From positions 1,232,331 through 1,296,330 of the forward strand of contig NC_068986.1 of assembly GCF_001194135.2 (NCBI RefSeq): 64,000 nt of DNA, written 5' to 3'. Positions 62,040 to 64,000 of the stretch are shown piece by piece (the stretch's first letter is position 1; each line of letters begins with the position of its first letter). A model generated the notes under the pieces. That model did no database searches, was not told where the DNA came from, and saw only the letters and a list, made by a program, of their open reading frames with translations. Origin of the DNA: Octopus bimaculoides (taxonomy: Eukaryota). Position numbers and translations under genes: made by a program.

Positions 62040-62230
62040 ACTTGTTTTATTCACTGGACTGTGGTTATACTGGGGCACCATCTTGAAGGGGGTTTTAGTT
62101 GAACAAATCGACCCTAGTACTTATTTTTTAAAGTTTGCTACTTATTCTATTGGTCTCTTTTTGCTGAACTGCTAAGTTACGGGAATGTAAATAAACAAAC
62201 ATCAATTGTCAAGTGGTTGTTGGAGACAAA

Positions 62231-62269
<39 letters not shown>

Positions 62270-62420
62270 TCTTTCCATTTTTATCTACCAAATCCACTTA
62301 GAAGGCTTTGGTTGGCCCAAAGCTATAGCAGAAAACACCTGCCCAATGTGCCACATGGTGGAACTGAACCCAAAACTATGTGATTGGGAAACAAACTTCT
62401 TACCATACAGCCATGCCCAC
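62040..62420 (-). mobile_element. Family A SINE, full length
   Basis: Reverse-complement match to the head, (CA)n core and tail of 46046-46470. Confidence 0.8.
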
Positions 62421-62944
62421 ACCTTTATACTTAATATTTTAACAGCTTCGGTAGTTAAATCAACATTTGTTTATATTAATATGGTACTGTTGAGGTTTTA
62501 GGGTTAAAGCAGAGGTTCTGTATGGATAATGTTTTTGAACTGCAGCATACAAGTGATACATTGTTGAGCCATTTAAAAATTATTGCTTAGAAAAAACATA
62601 AAAATAGAAGCTAATCAGAAAAAAAAATAATACTCAACTTCGGTGTTAAAGCTGTTATCAATTATATAGAATTATTATTAAGAATCTTAACAAGACTGCT
62701 TTTTGTACTTGAATGAATTAACTCATAATGATAATTAACATGCACTTGATTGCTGTTAATTTAATTTTGATAGGGGTATATGTTTGGCTGTGTGTTTAAC
62801 AAACTTGTTTGCAAACATGTGGCTGGTTCTAGGTTCAATCCTATTAGATTATGACTTCTTGGGGCAAGTATCACCTGCTATAGTCTCAGGCTAACTAATG
62901 CCTTATGAGTGACAATTGTTAGAAAGTTTCTGTAGACAACAACA

Positions 62945-63670
62945 TAAGCTGGGCTACTTACATAAACAGTAAAGTCGACATGGCCTGCAGAATGTACTCC
63001 TGGATTCTCAGAACTATTTTGTCAAGAGACATCCATACTATTATCCTTCTCTTCTCCTCTTTTGCCCAACCCCACTTTGAATATTGTCGTTCACTGTGGT
63101 CTCCCCACAGGAAACAAAGCATCATGAAAGTTGAAGCACCCCAAAGGTTAGTTGCGATAAAGATAGATGGCATGGCAGGCCTTGACAACTGGGATCGATT
63201 GGAAAAGCTCACTGTTGCCATGAGCATTCTTCAGTGTTACAGTGAGCTGCACATCATCTGCATGATGTGCAAAACGTTCCACCAGCCTTGCCCAAATGAT
63301 GTTGGCATCACCTTTAAGGTACACCTAAGGCTTGGGTCCTGTGCTATCCATCTACAACATAAATCACACCCGCATCTCATGACAACAGTATGGCACAATT
63401 ATTTCACCTCGGTTAGCCCTGCTCACTTTAACATTATATCAAAACACATTAAGACAGAAACCGACCCCATAAAGTTCAAGATGTGTTTGAACAAATTCCT
63501 TCAAGAAATCCTGGATAAACCTCCTCCACCTGGATATGTCTCCGTAAAGAATAACTCTCTACTTGAATGAACCATGGTGTTTGAATCCTGATTGGAATGA
63601 CTTTGCCAGGTGGTGCTATTAAGTTAGACATGGCCTAGGTCAATATTGGCTGAAAACTATCAAAGTATAT
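62945..63670 (+). mobile_element. 5'-truncated CR1/L2-superfamily LINE: ORF2 C-terminus plus 3' UTR
   Basis: ORF 62980-63570 contains SWILRT..SRD, PHFEYCRSLWSPH, QRLVAIKIDGMAGLDNWDRLEKL and FNIISKHIK...KFKMCLNKFLQEILDKPP.PGY, typical of post-RT CR1-like C-termini. Confidence 0.8.
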
Positions 63671-64000
63671 ATCATCATCATCATCGTTTAACGTCCGCTT
63701 TCCATGCTAGCATGGGTTGGACGACTCGACTGAGGACTGGTGAAACCGGATGGCAACACCAGGTTCCAATCTAAATTTGGCAGAGTTTCCACAGCTGGAT
63801 GCCCTTCCTAACGCCAACCACTCAGAGAGTGTAGTAGGTGCTTTTACATGTCACCTGCACGAAGGCCAGTCAGGCGATACTGGCAACGGCCACGCTCGAA
63901 ATGGTGTCTTTTATGTGCCCCCCGCACAAGCCAGTCCAGGGGCACTGGCAACGATCTCGCTCGAAAATCCTACGGAAGCCAGTCAGGCGGTACTGGCAAC
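63671..64000 (-). mobile_element. Young (CpG-rich) RTE-like retroposon 3' end with an (ATG)n tail, continuing past the window edge
   Basis: atcatcatcatcgtttaacgtccgctttccatgctagcatgggttggacg is the reverse complement of the family end seen at 40980-41035. There are three gccagtc...ctggcaac sub-repeats at 63864-64000. Confidence 0.75.

Overview
This is AT-rich, repeat-saturated eukaryotic DNA. The tRNA-headed SINE families, RTE/Dong/CR1 LINE ends, microsatellites and N-gaps at (TA)n tracts point to an Octopus (coleoid cephalopod) short-read assembly; this is recognition from memory, not a database result. The only supportable host coding sequence is two + strand exons (49104-49290, 53897-54082) encoding consecutive ankyrin repeats of an espin/forked ortholog. 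I found no neighbouring exons, so most of the window is probably intron. The rest is transposon debris: a 3'-truncated Tigger/pogo element with one TIR, a mariner fragment and a mariner MITE, piggyBac-like TTAA MITEs, LINE 3' ends and many SINEs. Three signals stand out. (1) A series of hammerhead-ribozyme-like motifs in probable Penelope-like terminal repeats, including a near-intact minimal type I motif with a CUGUUGA core and one with a very long stem II. (2) A genomic Arg (AGG) at a conserved ankyrin Gly, which one A-to-I edit would restore. (3) Long intronic fold-back hairpins. Almost all ORFs in the supplied track are spurious. Repeat boundaries are approximate unless a TSD or TIR is cited.
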